Made by a program: the position numbers and the translations under genes. The notes below the pieces were generated by a model. The model saw only the letters and a program-made list of their open reading frames with translations. It was not told the DNA's origin and ran no database searches. This document shows, piece after piece, positions 29,114 to 37,477 of a DNA stretch of 64,000 nucleotides (its first letter is position 1; each line of letters opens with the position of its first letter). The stretch comes from Deltaproteobacteria bacterium (lineage in GTDB: Bacteria; JAGRBM01; JAHCIT01): assembly GCA_026129095.1 (NCBI GenBank), contig JAHCIT010000002.1, forward strand, positions 186,001-250,000, read 5' to 3'.

Positions 29114-29848
29114 TCAGCGCCGGGAGGGCTTGCCCAGCGCATCGAGCACCTGGAACATCGCCCCATCCAGCTTCTCGAAATGCCGGTAGAGCCTCGTCCG
29201 CGCCAGTTCCGGCTTGTGGGCGGCGATCGCCTCCACCACCTTCTCCCTGGAACCGGCCGTCCAGTCCGGCAGCTTCCAGAGGGTTCCTCCGCGGCGGACC
29301 AGTTCGAGATAGGCCGGTCCGAAGGAGTTGTAGCTCCACTGGAACGTGAGGCTCCGGCTCATGCGGATCAGGGCCGCGTAGAACTCGTAGTCGGCCGTCT
29401 GCTCGGCGAGCGAGCTCTGCGTGGCCCCGATCGCCTCGCAGCGCACCTTCAGCTCGCGGATGTCCCCTTCGGTGGCGCATTCGGCCACCGCCGCCGCCGT
29501 CTCTGACAGGAGCACCTGCCGGAGCCGCATGGCGTGGCGCAGCGGACGCACCAGTTCCGGCGTGGGCCGGGCGTAGAGCGCAAGATAGGGCAGCAGTTCC
29601 AGCCGCCCCTCGGCGGCGATGTCTGCAATCTCGATGGAGGCGCCCTGACGGATCCGGAGCAGCCCGGCCGACTCCAGTATCCGGAGCGCCTCGCGCAGGG
29701 TGTTGCGGTTGGTCCCGAACCGGAGCGCCAGCTCGCGCTCAGGCGGCAGCTTCTCTCCTGCCTTCAGCTCGCCGGTGAGGATCTGGCGGCGGAGCTGCCC
29801 GGCGATGTCGTCGGAGACGTTGGTTTTCTGTACTGGCGCGACCTGCAT
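29114..29848 (-). CDS. GntR family regulator, FadR subfamily (FCD domain)
   Basis: GEKLPPERELALRFGTNRNTLREAL winged HTH; helical C-domain; start at ATG 29848. Confidence 0.88.
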   Translation of the reverse strand: MQVAPVQKTNVSDDIAGQLRRQILTGELKAGEKLPPERELALRFGTNRNTLREALRILESAGLLRIRQGASIEIADIAAEGRLELLPYLALYARPTPELVRPLRHAMRLRQVLLSETAAAVAECATEGDIRELKVRCEAIGATQSSLAEQTADYEFYAALIRMSRSLTFQWSYNSFGPAYLELVRRGGTLWKLPDWTAGSREKVVEAIAAHKPELARTRLYRHFEKLDGAMFQVLDALGKPSRR

Positions 29849-29886
29849 CTGTTCCCCGTGCCCGCCGGTCCCCGTGCGGGAATCCC

Positions 29887-29903
29887 AACTGGTTAAACCA
29901 GTT
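29887..29903. promoter_or_regulatory. FadR-type operator AACTGGTTAAACCAGTT
   Basis: Perfect 17-bp palindrome 38 bp upstream of the GntR start; extra half-site AACCAG at 29904-29909; minus-strand TTGACG at 29923-29928. Confidence 0.75.
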
Positions 29904-30038
29904 AACCAGATACCGCGGCGGCCGTCAAGCCCCCTCCTCCACCGGCCGCCGCGCCGGGAACATTTGCGCCGCTGGGGTTGAATTTCCCGCCCGGATGGGG
30001 ATTTGATACCGTCCCGGCCGCGAGGTGGCCATTTCAAC

Positions 30039-30947
30039 ATGAACACATTCCGTAGAATTCTGAAGCCCGCCCTGGCTGCCTTCCTGACCGTGACGCTGGG
30101 CGGGTGCCTGGGCCTGTTCTTCGGCCCGGTGCCCGATCGCGACTACTCGAACGAGGGCGTCACCCTGATGGGCGCCGCCAACACCGTGAGCGGCATGAAG
30201 GCGGGCGACATCTGCCAGATGAACGAGGCGGCTGAGCCGCCGCCAGCGGCGCCGATCCACACGGACACGATCCGCCAGCTCGCCGCCCGGAGCAAGAGCT
30301 CGGTCGTGAACATCTACGTGAAGACGGCCAACCCCGTGCGCGCCCAGATCCTCATCATCCCCGTGCCGGGGCTGCCGCCGGTGGATATCCCCGGTGAGGC
30401 GCTGGGCTCGGGGTTCTTCTGCTCGAAGTCCGGGTTCCTGCTCACGAACGCGCACGTCGTTGCCCGCGCCGACAAGCTCTCGGCCAAGACCGACGACGGG
30501 AAGCTGCATGAGCTCGAAATCGTCGCCGTGGACCGCAAGCACGACCTCGCCCTGCTCCGCGTCACCCCGGCGGGCAGCTTCCCGGCGGCGACCATGGCCG
30601 GCGCGGCGCGGCTCGCCGAGGGCGACTGGGTGGTGGCGATCGGCAACCCGCTGGGGCTCACCCACTCGGTGTCGCACGGGATCGTCTCGCAGCGGAGCCG
30701 CTCGATCGCCGAGCTCCAGCGCGGCCGCGAGGACGACCTCCAGTTCCTTCAGACCGACACGCCCATCAACCCCGGCAACTCCGGCGGCCCGCTGTTTGAC
30801 ATCACCGGGCAGGTGGTCGGCATCAACACGGCCATCGCCCGCCACGCGCAGGGAATCAGCTTCACGATTCCCACCGAGCGGGTACGGATGTTCCTGGACC
30901 AGGTGGGCGAACTGTCCACCCGCCGCTTCCCGCCGGTTCGGAGATAG
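30039..30947 (+). CDS. HtrA/DegP-like trypsin serine protease lipoprotein without PDZ domain
   Basis: Lipobox LGGC; GSGF, TNAHVV, DLAL, QTDTPINPGNSGGPL; ends after the protease domain. Confidence 0.88.
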   Translation: MNTFRRILKPALAAFLTVTLGGCLGLFFGPVPDRDYSNEGVTLMGAANTVSGMKAGDICQMNEAAEPPPAAPIHTDTIRQLAARSKSSVVNIYVKTANPVRAQILIIPVPGLPPVDIPGEALGSGFFCSKSGFLLTNAHVVARADKLSAKTDDGKLHELEIVAVDRKHDLALLRVTPAGSFPAATMAGAARLAEGDWVVAIGNPLGLTHSVSHGIVSQRSRSIAELQRGREDDLQFLQTDTPINPGNSGGPLFDITGQVVGINTAIARHAQGISFTIPTERVRMFLDQVGELSTRRFPPVRR

Positions 30948-30950
30948 CCC

Positions 30951-31436
30951 GTGGCCGGCGCCATCGTTCCCCGCGAGCTCATTCTTAGGATCACCACCGG
31001 CGCCGATGCCGGGCGGGTGATCGAGCTGCACCGGGGGGAATGCGTCGTGGTGGGCCGCGAATACACGACCGACCGGACCGTCGAGGTGACGGCCGTGAGG
31101 GAACTCCGCAGCGACGGCCGCACCCAGCTTCCGAAGGAGATGGTCAGCCGGGCCGAAGGGTTCCTCGCCAGCCGCGATCCGGACCCCGACAGCACCGCGC
31201 CGCAGTTCCCGCCGTCGCTCGACTCCTACCGCCGCCGGGACGACATCCGCGTGCAGGACCAGACCGTCTCGCGCCTCCACGCGATCATCTATCTCGACGA
31301 CCGCGGCGCGGGGGTGATTGACCTTGGCTCCACCAACGGCACCGAGGTGGACGGCCGCAACACCTCGCACCACGCCATCGGAAACGGCCAGAGGGTGCGG
31401 CTCGGCGACCTGGAGATCGCCGTCGAGGGGCTGTAG
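30951..31436 (+). CDS. FHA domain protein
   Basis: VGR, SRLH, DLGSTNGT motifs; 3 bp downstream of the protease. Confidence 0.8.
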   Translation: MAGAIVPRELILRITTGADAGRVIELHRGECVVVGREYTTDRTVEVTAVRELRSDGRTQLPKEMVSRAEGFLASRDPDPDSTAPQFPPSLDSYRRRDDIRVQDQTVSRLHAIIYLDDRGAGVIDLGSTNGTEVDGRNTSHHAIGNGQRVRLGDLEIAVEGL

Positions 31437-31459
31437 CCGGACGCGGGGGCGGCGGGCCC

Positions 31460-32575
31460 CTAGAACTTGCCGATCTCCGTCTTGAGCGCGCCGTAGCCCA
31501 CCTTGTTCGAGTAGTCGGAGTGGATGATCCCGAAATGCGCCTCGGGGCCCATGCCGTAGACGCCGCCATTCACCCAGCAGTTGCCGGGATTGAACTGGTC
31601 GGTGCAGGTGTCGATGAGCTGGTACCAGCCGAGCACGACCACCTGGTAGGGCCTGGTGGCGTTGTTGGAGTTGACCTTCGTGCGGATCACCGGGAGCGCC
31701 TGGCTGATGAAGTCGCGCTGGTCGTACTCGTCGGCGAGCAGCCACGCCCAGCTGCTGTAGCCGGTTTCGAGGATCGCGCCGTCCTTGCCGTACCAGGGGT
31801 TGCCGGGGGTGTTGATCCGCTGGAGCAGCGTGTCGAGCGGGCCCCAGTCGGTGTAGAAGCAGCAGGCCCAGGTGCCCGGATAGTGGTCGATGCCGATCAC
31901 GTCGATGTAGCTCCCGGCCTTCACGAGCCAGTCCGTCACGGCCGCTTCCCACCCGGCGAGGTTCGCCATCACGTTGATGTAGGTCCGTGCCGCGGGGTCG
32001 AGGTTCCGCACCACGGCCCCGGCGCGGGCAAAGAGCTGCCAGTCGTCGGCGGCGTCGATGGGATCAATGAGGTGGTTCGCCTCGTTCCAGAGCTGGTAGT
32101 GGTTCACCCGGTCGCCGATCCAGAGGACCACCTCGCGGATGTACCGCTCGTAGGCAGCCCAGAAGGCCGCCTTGTCCTGCCCGTAGAGCTGCACCGCCCA
32201 GTCCGGGGCGTTCGAGAAGATGATGAGCGGCTCCAGGCCGTGCCAGCGGATGTTGCTGACGAAGTTCGTGTAGAACTGGAGCTTGCCGTAATCCCACACG
32301 CCGCGGGCCGGCTCGATGTCGCGCCAGAAGACGTCTGTCCGGACGCCCTTGCCGCCCAGATCCTTCAGCTTCGTGAACGCCTGGTTCGCCTTGCCCAAGT
32401 CGTAGTTGATCTCGCCCGCGTGGACCGTGAAATACCAGGGCACCTTCTGGGGCGGAGGGGGCGGCGGCGGTGTGCCGCCCGCACGGGCGGGACCTACCGC
32501 GAGAACCACCATCGCCGCTGCCACGGCGAACGCCGCGAGGCGGCCGCCCGGTTTCCAGTTCATCTTCGCGTTCAT
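31460..32575 (-). CDS. Secreted glycoside hydrolase, clan GH-A TIM barrel
   Basis: Signal peptide plus Pro7 linker; W..IEP..G.WD, WNE (acid/base), DHYP, ETG (nucleophile), HFGI; AAGGAG RBS. Confidence 0.78.
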   Translation of the reverse strand: MNAKMNWKPGGRLAAFAVAAAMVVLAVGPARAGGTPPPPPPPQKVPWYFTVHAGEINYDLGKANQAFTKLKDLGGKGVRTDVFWRDIEPARGVWDYGKLQFYTNFVSNIRWHGLEPLIIFSNAPDWAVQLYGQDKAAFWAAYERYIREVVLWIGDRVNHYQLWNEANHLIDPIDAADDWQLFARAGAVVRNLDPAARTYINVMANLAGWEAAVTDWLVKAGSYIDVIGIDHYPGTWACCFYTDWGPLDTLLQRINTPGNPWYGKDGAILETGYSSWAWLLADEYDQRDFISQALPVIRTKVNSNNATRPYQVVVLGWYQLIDTCTDQFNPGNCWVNGGVYGMGPEAHFGIIHSDYSNKVGYGALKTEIGKF

Positions 32576-32835
32576 GATCTCTCCTTATAAAGGGGTCTTC
32601 CCTTGAGGACTGCGGGGCCTTGGGACTCCCAAGGACACACTTCACGGACCGTGCCACTGGCGCCGGAGCGGCGAAGCACCGGCAACCGGCTGTATTTATT
32701 TGCTATTTTCCGATCTGGGACGGCCAGCTCCAGGCGCGGGAGGCCTTGCAAAACGCCAGAAACCGCGCCGCCACTGGCAGAATGCCACGGCTGGCTGAGG
32801 CGTGGTGAGCCGTGGTGAGGTGAGGTTTCCAGATG

Positions 32836-33075
32836 CCTCACCCCCCAGCCCCTGAGAGGGGATGGCCTCACCCCCTTAATCCCCCTCTCCGGGAACCGGA
32901 GAGGGGGAGAGGATTGCTCCCGCCCTCTCCAGTTCCTGGAGAGGGCCGCGACCCGTCAGGGTCGCGGGGTGAGGCTTCACCCCCTTTATCCCCCTCTCCG
33001 GGAACCGGAGAGGGGGAGGTTTCTGGCCCCCTCTCTGCGTCTGCGGAGAGGGGGAGCCCGGAGGGCGGGGGTGTG
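32836..33075. repeat. REP/BIME-like cluster of GC-rich palindromes
   Basis: CCCCCTCTCCGGGAACCGGAGAGGGGGA twice (from about 32881 and 32990), plus CCCTCTCCAGTTCCTGGAGAGGG, CCGCGACCC-GTCA-GGGTCGCGG and CCCCCTCTCTGC-GTCT-GCGGAGAGGGGG. Confidence 0.75.
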
Positions 33076-33184
33076 GTTTCTTCCGGGGAACCGGCACGGC
33101 CCGCGGCCGAAACCCCGCCGCCCCGCGAGAGCCCGGCGGTCCAGCGGCTCCGGGCACGGATGAGGCAGCGCGGGAGGAGGTGAC

Positions 33185-33727
33185 CTAACCCTTCAGGCGG
33201 TCGAGGTGCTCGCGGATCGGTTTCATGTCGAGGCGGGCCTGGGTGAGCAGGGTGTCGAGCATCGCCTTGCCGAGGCTGGCGAGCTGGAACATCCGCTCGA
33301 TGCGCTCCTTCTTGAACCGGAAGTCCTTCGCCTCGTAGTGCTCGCGCTCGGCGTCGAGCGCGGCGAGCGCCTGACGGAAGGTGTCGAGCGCCGATTCGAT
33401 CTCGCGCCGCTCGCGGTCGGAGAGCACGCCGGTGATGAGCTTCCACAGGTCGGTCTCGGCGGCGAAGAAGTCCTTGCGCTCGCCCGGCTGGTGGATCTTG
33501 CGGATCGCCTTCCAGCGCAGCAGCTCGTTGGTCGCCATGCTGACGGCCCCGGCCGACAGTTCCAGCGCGTCGGCGATGCCGGCCGCCGAGATGGGCTCCG
33601 GCGAAAGATACAGCAGCGTCCAGATTCGCCCCAGGTTGCTCTTGAAGTTCCAGAACTCCATGAGCTGCCCGATGGCGTCGGCCATGAGCCGGGGGGCGCG
33701 GAGCTCGGTTTTCGGGTGTGGGGTCAC
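33185..33727 (-). CDS. GbsR/MarR family transcriptional regulator
   Basis: GQLMEFWNF...GRIWTLLYLS, LSAGAVSM, GERKDFF.AETDLW, RERRE; GTG start after GAGGAG. Confidence 0.85.
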   Translation of the reverse strand: MTPHPKTELRAPRLMADAIGQLMEFWNFKSNLGRIWTLLYLSPEPISAAGIADALELSAGAVSMATNELLRWKAIRKIHQPGERKDFFAAETDLWKLITGVLSDRERREIESALDTFRQALAALDAEREHYEAKDFRFKKERIERMFQLASLGKAMLDTLLTQARLDMKPIREHLDRLKG

Positions 33728-33786
33728 GCGGGGCTCCTCGTGAACCGGCGGGGAGCGGCTGGACGCGGGCCTGCGGGAAAGGCTTT

Positions 33787-34731
33787 TCAGCCGAAAAGCA
33801 GCCCCGCCGCGTACAGGATGCCGAACAGGAGGTGCAGTTGCGCGGCGTGGAAGGTCGGGTCGCCCCTGGGTCCGCGCCGCCGGTACGCCTCGCGGCCCTG
33901 CCGGATCAGCCGCAGGGTAGCGGACACCTTGGGGAGGCTCAAGAAGACGAGGAGCGAAAGGGCGGGGACGATCCCGGCGAGCGCCGCCCACGCGACGATG
34001 GCGAGCGCACCGGCGGCGAGCAGCGCGGCGTAGATTTGCGAGCCCTTCCCGCCGAGCCGGATCGCCACCGTGCGGATGCCGGCCGAGGCGTCGGTTTCCA
34101 CGTCGCGCCAGTTGTTGGCGTGCAGGATCAGAACGGCGAGGAGCCCCACCGGCGCACCGGCGGCGATGCGCGCGGCGGCAAGCTCGCCCGTGAGGATCCA
34201 GTCGATGCCGCTCACCATCACCGGTCCCATGAGAAGGAACACCAGCGGGTCGCCAAGGCCCCGGTATTTGAGGCCGAAGGGACGCGCCGTGTAGAGAAGG
34301 CCCAGCGAGAATCCGGCCGTCCCCAGGACCAGCACCTCCAGCCCGCGCTCCCAGATGAGGGGAAGCGCCGCGAAACCCGCCACCGCCATCAGCGCGAACT
34401 GCGCCGTGAGCATGTCCGAACGGGTCAGAAGCCCGTCGGGGATGACGCCCGAACCCGCCGCGCCGGGCGGCTGGCCGGGGCGGTCGAGCCCCCGGTCGAA
34501 GTCGTCAATGTCGTTGCGGACGTTCACGGCGAGCAGCATCGCCGTGGCCGAGACGGCCATCCACAGGAGCAGCCACCAGTTTGCAACTCCCGTCGCCGAC
34601 CGGGCGGCGAGTCCCGCGCCCACGATGACCGGCACGATGACGGCGGGGAGCGAGAAGAGCCGCAGGGCCCGCAGCCACAGCGAGAGCCGGGAGAGGGGTT
34701 CCGTTTCCGGGGAGGTGGCGGTGGTGTCCAT
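33787..34731 (-). CDS. menA: MenA-like UbiA family prenyltransferase
   Basis: ALR..SLPA, NVRNDIDDFDRGLD, YTARPFGLKYRGLGD, NNWRDVETD..AGIRT.A. Confidence 0.8.
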   Translation of the reverse strand: MDTTATSPETEPLSRLSLWLRALRLFSLPAVIVPVIVGAGLAARSATGVANWWLLLWMAVSATAMLLAVNVRNDIDDFDRGLDRPGQPPGAAGSGVIPDGLLTRSDMLTAQFALMAVAGFAALPLIWERGLEVLVLGTAGFSLGLLYTARPFGLKYRGLGDPLVFLLMGPVMVSGIDWILTGELAAARIAAGAPVGLLAVLILHANNWRDVETDASAGIRTVAIRLGGKGSQIYAALLAAGALAIVAWAALAGIVPALSLLVFLSLPKVSATLRLIRQGREAYRRRGPRGDPTFHAAQLHLLFGILYAAGLLFG

Positions 34732-34783
34732 CGTTGTGGTTGCCTCGCGTCTACAGGCGCCCGGTGTTCCGTCGCGCCGGGCG

Positions 34784-35845
34784 CTACAGCGCCCGGTGCT
34801 CCAGTGCCAGCGTGGCCCGCTCCAGCAGGCTCCGGGCTTCCGAGGGCGGCAGCGCGTCGAGGCCGTTCAGGGCCTGCCGCGTGGTGGACTGTATCCAGCC
34901 CCGGGCGGCGGCCAGCGTGCGCGGGTGCTTGAGCCAGTGCATGAGGGGGTCGAGATACGCCCCGGTGCGCTCGTCTTCGGGCAGACGGAACAGGCGGCGG
35001 GCCTCGCGGGCGGCCTCCGGGAAGATCTCGCAGGCGGCGACGAGCGGGAGCGAGGGTTTTCCCTCCCTCACGTCGCTGGCGAGGTTCTTGCCCACCTTTG
35101 CCGCCTCGCCGGTCACGTCCAGCAGGTCATCGACCATCTGGAACGCAATGCCCAGGTGGAAGCCGTAGTGCGCGAGCGGCCTGGCGGCGGGCGTTCCGCG
35201 TGCCGCAGCCGACACCGGCCAGCCGATGAGCGAGGCGGTCTTGCGGGCCACGACCTCCTGGTAGACCGCCGCCGTGACGATGGGCTGCGTCCTCAGCGCG
35301 TGCTGCATCACCTCGCCCTCGACGAGCTCATCCAGCACGCGGAGCATGGATTCCGTGTCGCCCGCCTCGCAGGCCGAAAGCTCCAGAAGCGCGGCCACGA
35401 GGAGGTGATTGCCCCCCAGGATGCTGATCCGGTTCCCCCAGATGACGCGGACCGCCTCCTTCCCCCGGCGGCGGGTGCCGTCGTCCAGCACGTCGTCGTG
35501 GAGAAGCGAGGCCGAATGCACCAGTTCGGCCGCCGCGGCCATGTGGATGGCGCGGGAGCGGCCGGCGCCGGCGATCCTCGCGCCCAGCAGCGCGAGTACC
35601 GGGCGGAGCCGTTTCCCGTCGGCGGTGACAAGGTAGCGGCAGGCCTCGGGGAGCGGCCCGGCGATGCCGCCGCAGCGGCTGGCGATGCGCGACTCCACCT
35701 CGCGCAGCTCCGGGGCCAGAAGCCGCACGGCCTCCAGGGCGAACTCCTGCCAGAGCGGCGGGCTGGGCCGTGCGCGGCGGGCGGCGAGCGCCGGGATGAC
35801 GGCCTCGTTCAGGGTACCGGCAGTGACAGCGGCGGCGAGACTCAT
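34784..35845 (-). CDS. Polyprenyl diphosphate synthase (probably medium/long chain)
   Basis: GKRLRP, first Asp-rich motif HSASLLHDDVLD..RRG with small residues at -4/-5, KTA, second motif FQMVDDLLD; ATG overlaps the upstream TGA. Confidence 0.9.
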   Translation of the reverse strand: MSLAAAVTAGTLNEAVIPALAARRARPSPPLWQEFALEAVRLLAPELREVESRIASRCGGIAGPLPEACRYLVTADGKRLRPVLALLGARIAGAGRSRAIHMAAAAELVHSASLLHDDVLDDGTRRRGKEAVRVIWGNRISILGGNHLLVAALLELSACEAGDTESMLRVLDELVEGEVMQHALRTQPIVTAAVYQEVVARKTASLIGWPVSAAARGTPAARPLAHYGFHLGIAFQMVDDLLDVTGEAAKVGKNLASDVREGKPSLPLVAACEIFPEAAREARRLFRLPEDERTGAYLDPLMHWLKHPRTLAAARGWIQSTTRQALNGLDALPPSEARSLLERATLALEHRAL

Positions 35846-36477
35846 GGGCGGCCTCCGGTGGCCTGGGCAACCTGGGCGGCGGCTGGAGTGACAGGCGCGG
35901 CGGGTGCAGCGGCGGCGACGCGCTCCCGCCAGTTCGGGCCCAGCACCTCGGCGCGGTCCACCGGGCGGGCCTTCGATTCCCACATGCGGTCGTAGTCGGC
36001 GGCCAGTTTTCCGGCGAACTCCGGATCGTGGATGAGGATCGTCTGCCGGAACAGCATCTGCTTCACCGGCTCGCGGACGCAGAGCAGCACCCGCTCGCGG
36101 TCGAACACCGTGAAGGGGGACCAGACCTGCGGCAGCACCCGGATGTGCCCGTCACTGGCCAGGAACCGGAGCTTCCCGTGCTCCTTGTGGACGTAGTAGG
36201 CGATCAGGACTTTCCACATCAGCTCCGGCATGGCGAACCGGACGCTCACCCCGCGGTCCATCGCCTCCGAGTAGGCGCGGAACAGCTCCATGTCCTCCTC
36301 CTCGTGGCCCTGGGCGGTTTCGGGGTGGACGAAATCGCAGATCTCGCGCCGGGCGTTGCGGATCTCCCAGGCGAGCCGGTGGTGGAACGCCTCGTTGCCG
36401 AAGGTGATCTCGGCCTGCGTCGCCCGGAAGGGGAACGGGGCGTTTGCGGGGGTGAGATTCGGGGAAGCGGGGGGCAT
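35842..36477 (-). CDS. Stand-alone TrmB effector-binding (PLD-like fold) domain protein
   Basis: ARREI, AMDRGVSVRF, FTVFDRERVLL, IHDPEFAGKL..YDRMW; no HTH; AAGGAGG RBS. Confidence 0.6.
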   Translation of the reverse strand: MPPASPNLTPANAPFPFRATQAEITFGNEAFHHRLAWEIRNARREICDFVHPETAQGHEEEDMELFRAYSEAMDRGVSVRFAMPELMWKVLIAYYVHKEHGKLRFLASDGHIRVLPQVWSPFTVFDRERVLLCVREPVKQMLFRQTILIHDPEFAGKLAADYDRMWESKARPVDRAEVLGPNWRERVAAAAPAAPVTPAAAQVAQATGGRP

Positions 36478-36497
36478 GGGCGGCCTCCTTTACGGCT

Positions 36498-36525
36498 TGA
36501 AGTTTCATATACTTTTGAAACTTCA
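36498..36525. promoter_or_regulatory. Palindromic operator TGAAGTTTCA-N8-TGAAACTTCA
   Basis: Perfect 10-bp arms 20 bp upstream of the minus-strand operon; overlaps a candidate TTGCTT-17-TATGAA promoter. Confidence 0.7.
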
Positions 36526-36573
36526 GAAGCAAGGGAGGGATTGCTGGCCCAGCATGACACGGGACAGGATGTA

Positions 36574-36645
36574 TTCGGCTCGCTCACCTACAGGCAGCAG
36601 AACGTGGTCGAACGCCGCGTCGGCTGGTTCAAAGAGTTTCGCAAG
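36574..36645 (+). pseudogene. IS5-family transposase C-terminal remnant
   Basis: Translates F...TYRQQNVVERRVGWFKEFRK, matching the IS5/IS427-group Y..RN.VER.F..LK.FR (YREK) motif; the rest of the gene is absent. Confidence 0.6.
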
Positions 36646-36759
36646 ACAAGGCGGATCGGATTATCATCAGCTAGCTCACATCTAAATCATTTAACTTACT
36701 GTAATTATTGCATATTTATCGCATATCCCATTCCCGGTTGACACCAATGTCTTTATATC

Positions 36760-36789
36760 GTAAAGAGAATGAACGTTCATTCTCTTTAC
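36760..36789. promoter_or_regulatory. Perfect 30-bp TetR operator palindrome
   Basis: GTAAAGAGAATGAACGTTCATTCTCTTTAC between TTGACA (36738-36743) and the tetR ATG. Confidence 0.8.
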
Positions 36790-36802
36790 TATTAGAAGCC
36801 CC

Positions 36803-37444
36803 ATGAAACGATCTGAAGCCACTGCTGAAGCCCCGCCCCAGTCCGTCAGCCGGCTGGATGAAAAGCGCGCAGACAAGACGCAGAGGATTGTGACGGCGGG
36901 GCTCACGCTGTTTGCCGAGCGGGGTTTTCACGGAACTTCCATCCCGGACATCTGCAAAGAGGCCAACGTCGCCGCTGGCACCATCTACCGCTACTTCGAG
37001 AGCAAGGAAGCGCTCGTCAACGCAGTCTTCCGGGCGTCGAAAGCGCGGCTCCGGGACTGCCTTTTTGACGGACTCGACACAAAAGCAGCCCCCCGGTCCC
37101 TGTTCAGGGATTTTTTCTGGCGCCTCGTGGCCTTTGCCCGGAGCTGTCCCACCGATTTCGCGTTCCTCGAAATGCAGGATCACATCCCGTACCTCGACCG
37201 TGAGAGCCGCGATCTCGAAATCGCTGTGCTCGCCCCCATCTGGCTCGTGCTGCTTGAGCACCGTAACAATGGCGTCATGAAAGAAGTCCGGCCCGAGATC
37301 GTGATCGGCATGGTCTGGGGCGCGCTGGTCGGCCTGATGAAGGGAGAGCGCATGGGGTATTTCAAGGTCACCGAACAGGATCTCGTGGATGCGGAACAGG
37401 CCTGCTGGGACGGAATGATCCGCCGGGCAGGCGGGACGAACTGA
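36803..37444 (+). CDS. TetR/AcrR family regulator
   Basis: LFAERGFHGTSIPDICKEANVAAGTIYRYFESKEAL HTH. Confidence 0.92.
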   Translation: MKRSEATAEAPPQSVSRLDEKRADKTQRIVTAGLTLFAERGFHGTSIPDICKEANVAAGTIYRYFESKEALVNAVFRASKARLRDCLFDGLDTKAAPRSLFRDFFWRLVAFARSCPTDFAFLEMQDHIPYLDRESRDLEIAVLAPIWLVLLEHRNNGVMKEVRPEIVIGMVWGALVGLMKGERMGYFKVTEQDLVDAEQACWDGMIRRAGGTN

Positions 37445-37477
37445 AACGGCGCAGGACGGCGCCAGGGAGACGAAGTC

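Noticed and set aside
28677-29480. 267-aa version of the DUF962 ORF
   Set aside because: The extension overlaps the GntR gene in another frame; the family-like sequence starts at ATG 29075.
29925-31952. 675-aa minus-strand Arg/Gly-rich ORF
   Set aside because: Off-frame or antisense overlap with the protease, FHA and GH genes.
32635-32660. Possible sigma54 promoter (minus-strand TGGCACG) upstream of the GH gene
   Set aside because: The -12 element reads GTGA rather than TTGC; too weak to call.
32836-33075. Possible CRISPR array
   Set aside because: Only two identical units, intervening sequences are related hairpins rather than unique spacers, and there are no cas genes.
32833-33183. Pro/Gly-rich ORFs over the palindrome cluster
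   Set aside because: Translations merely mirror the repeat sequence; treated as non-coding.
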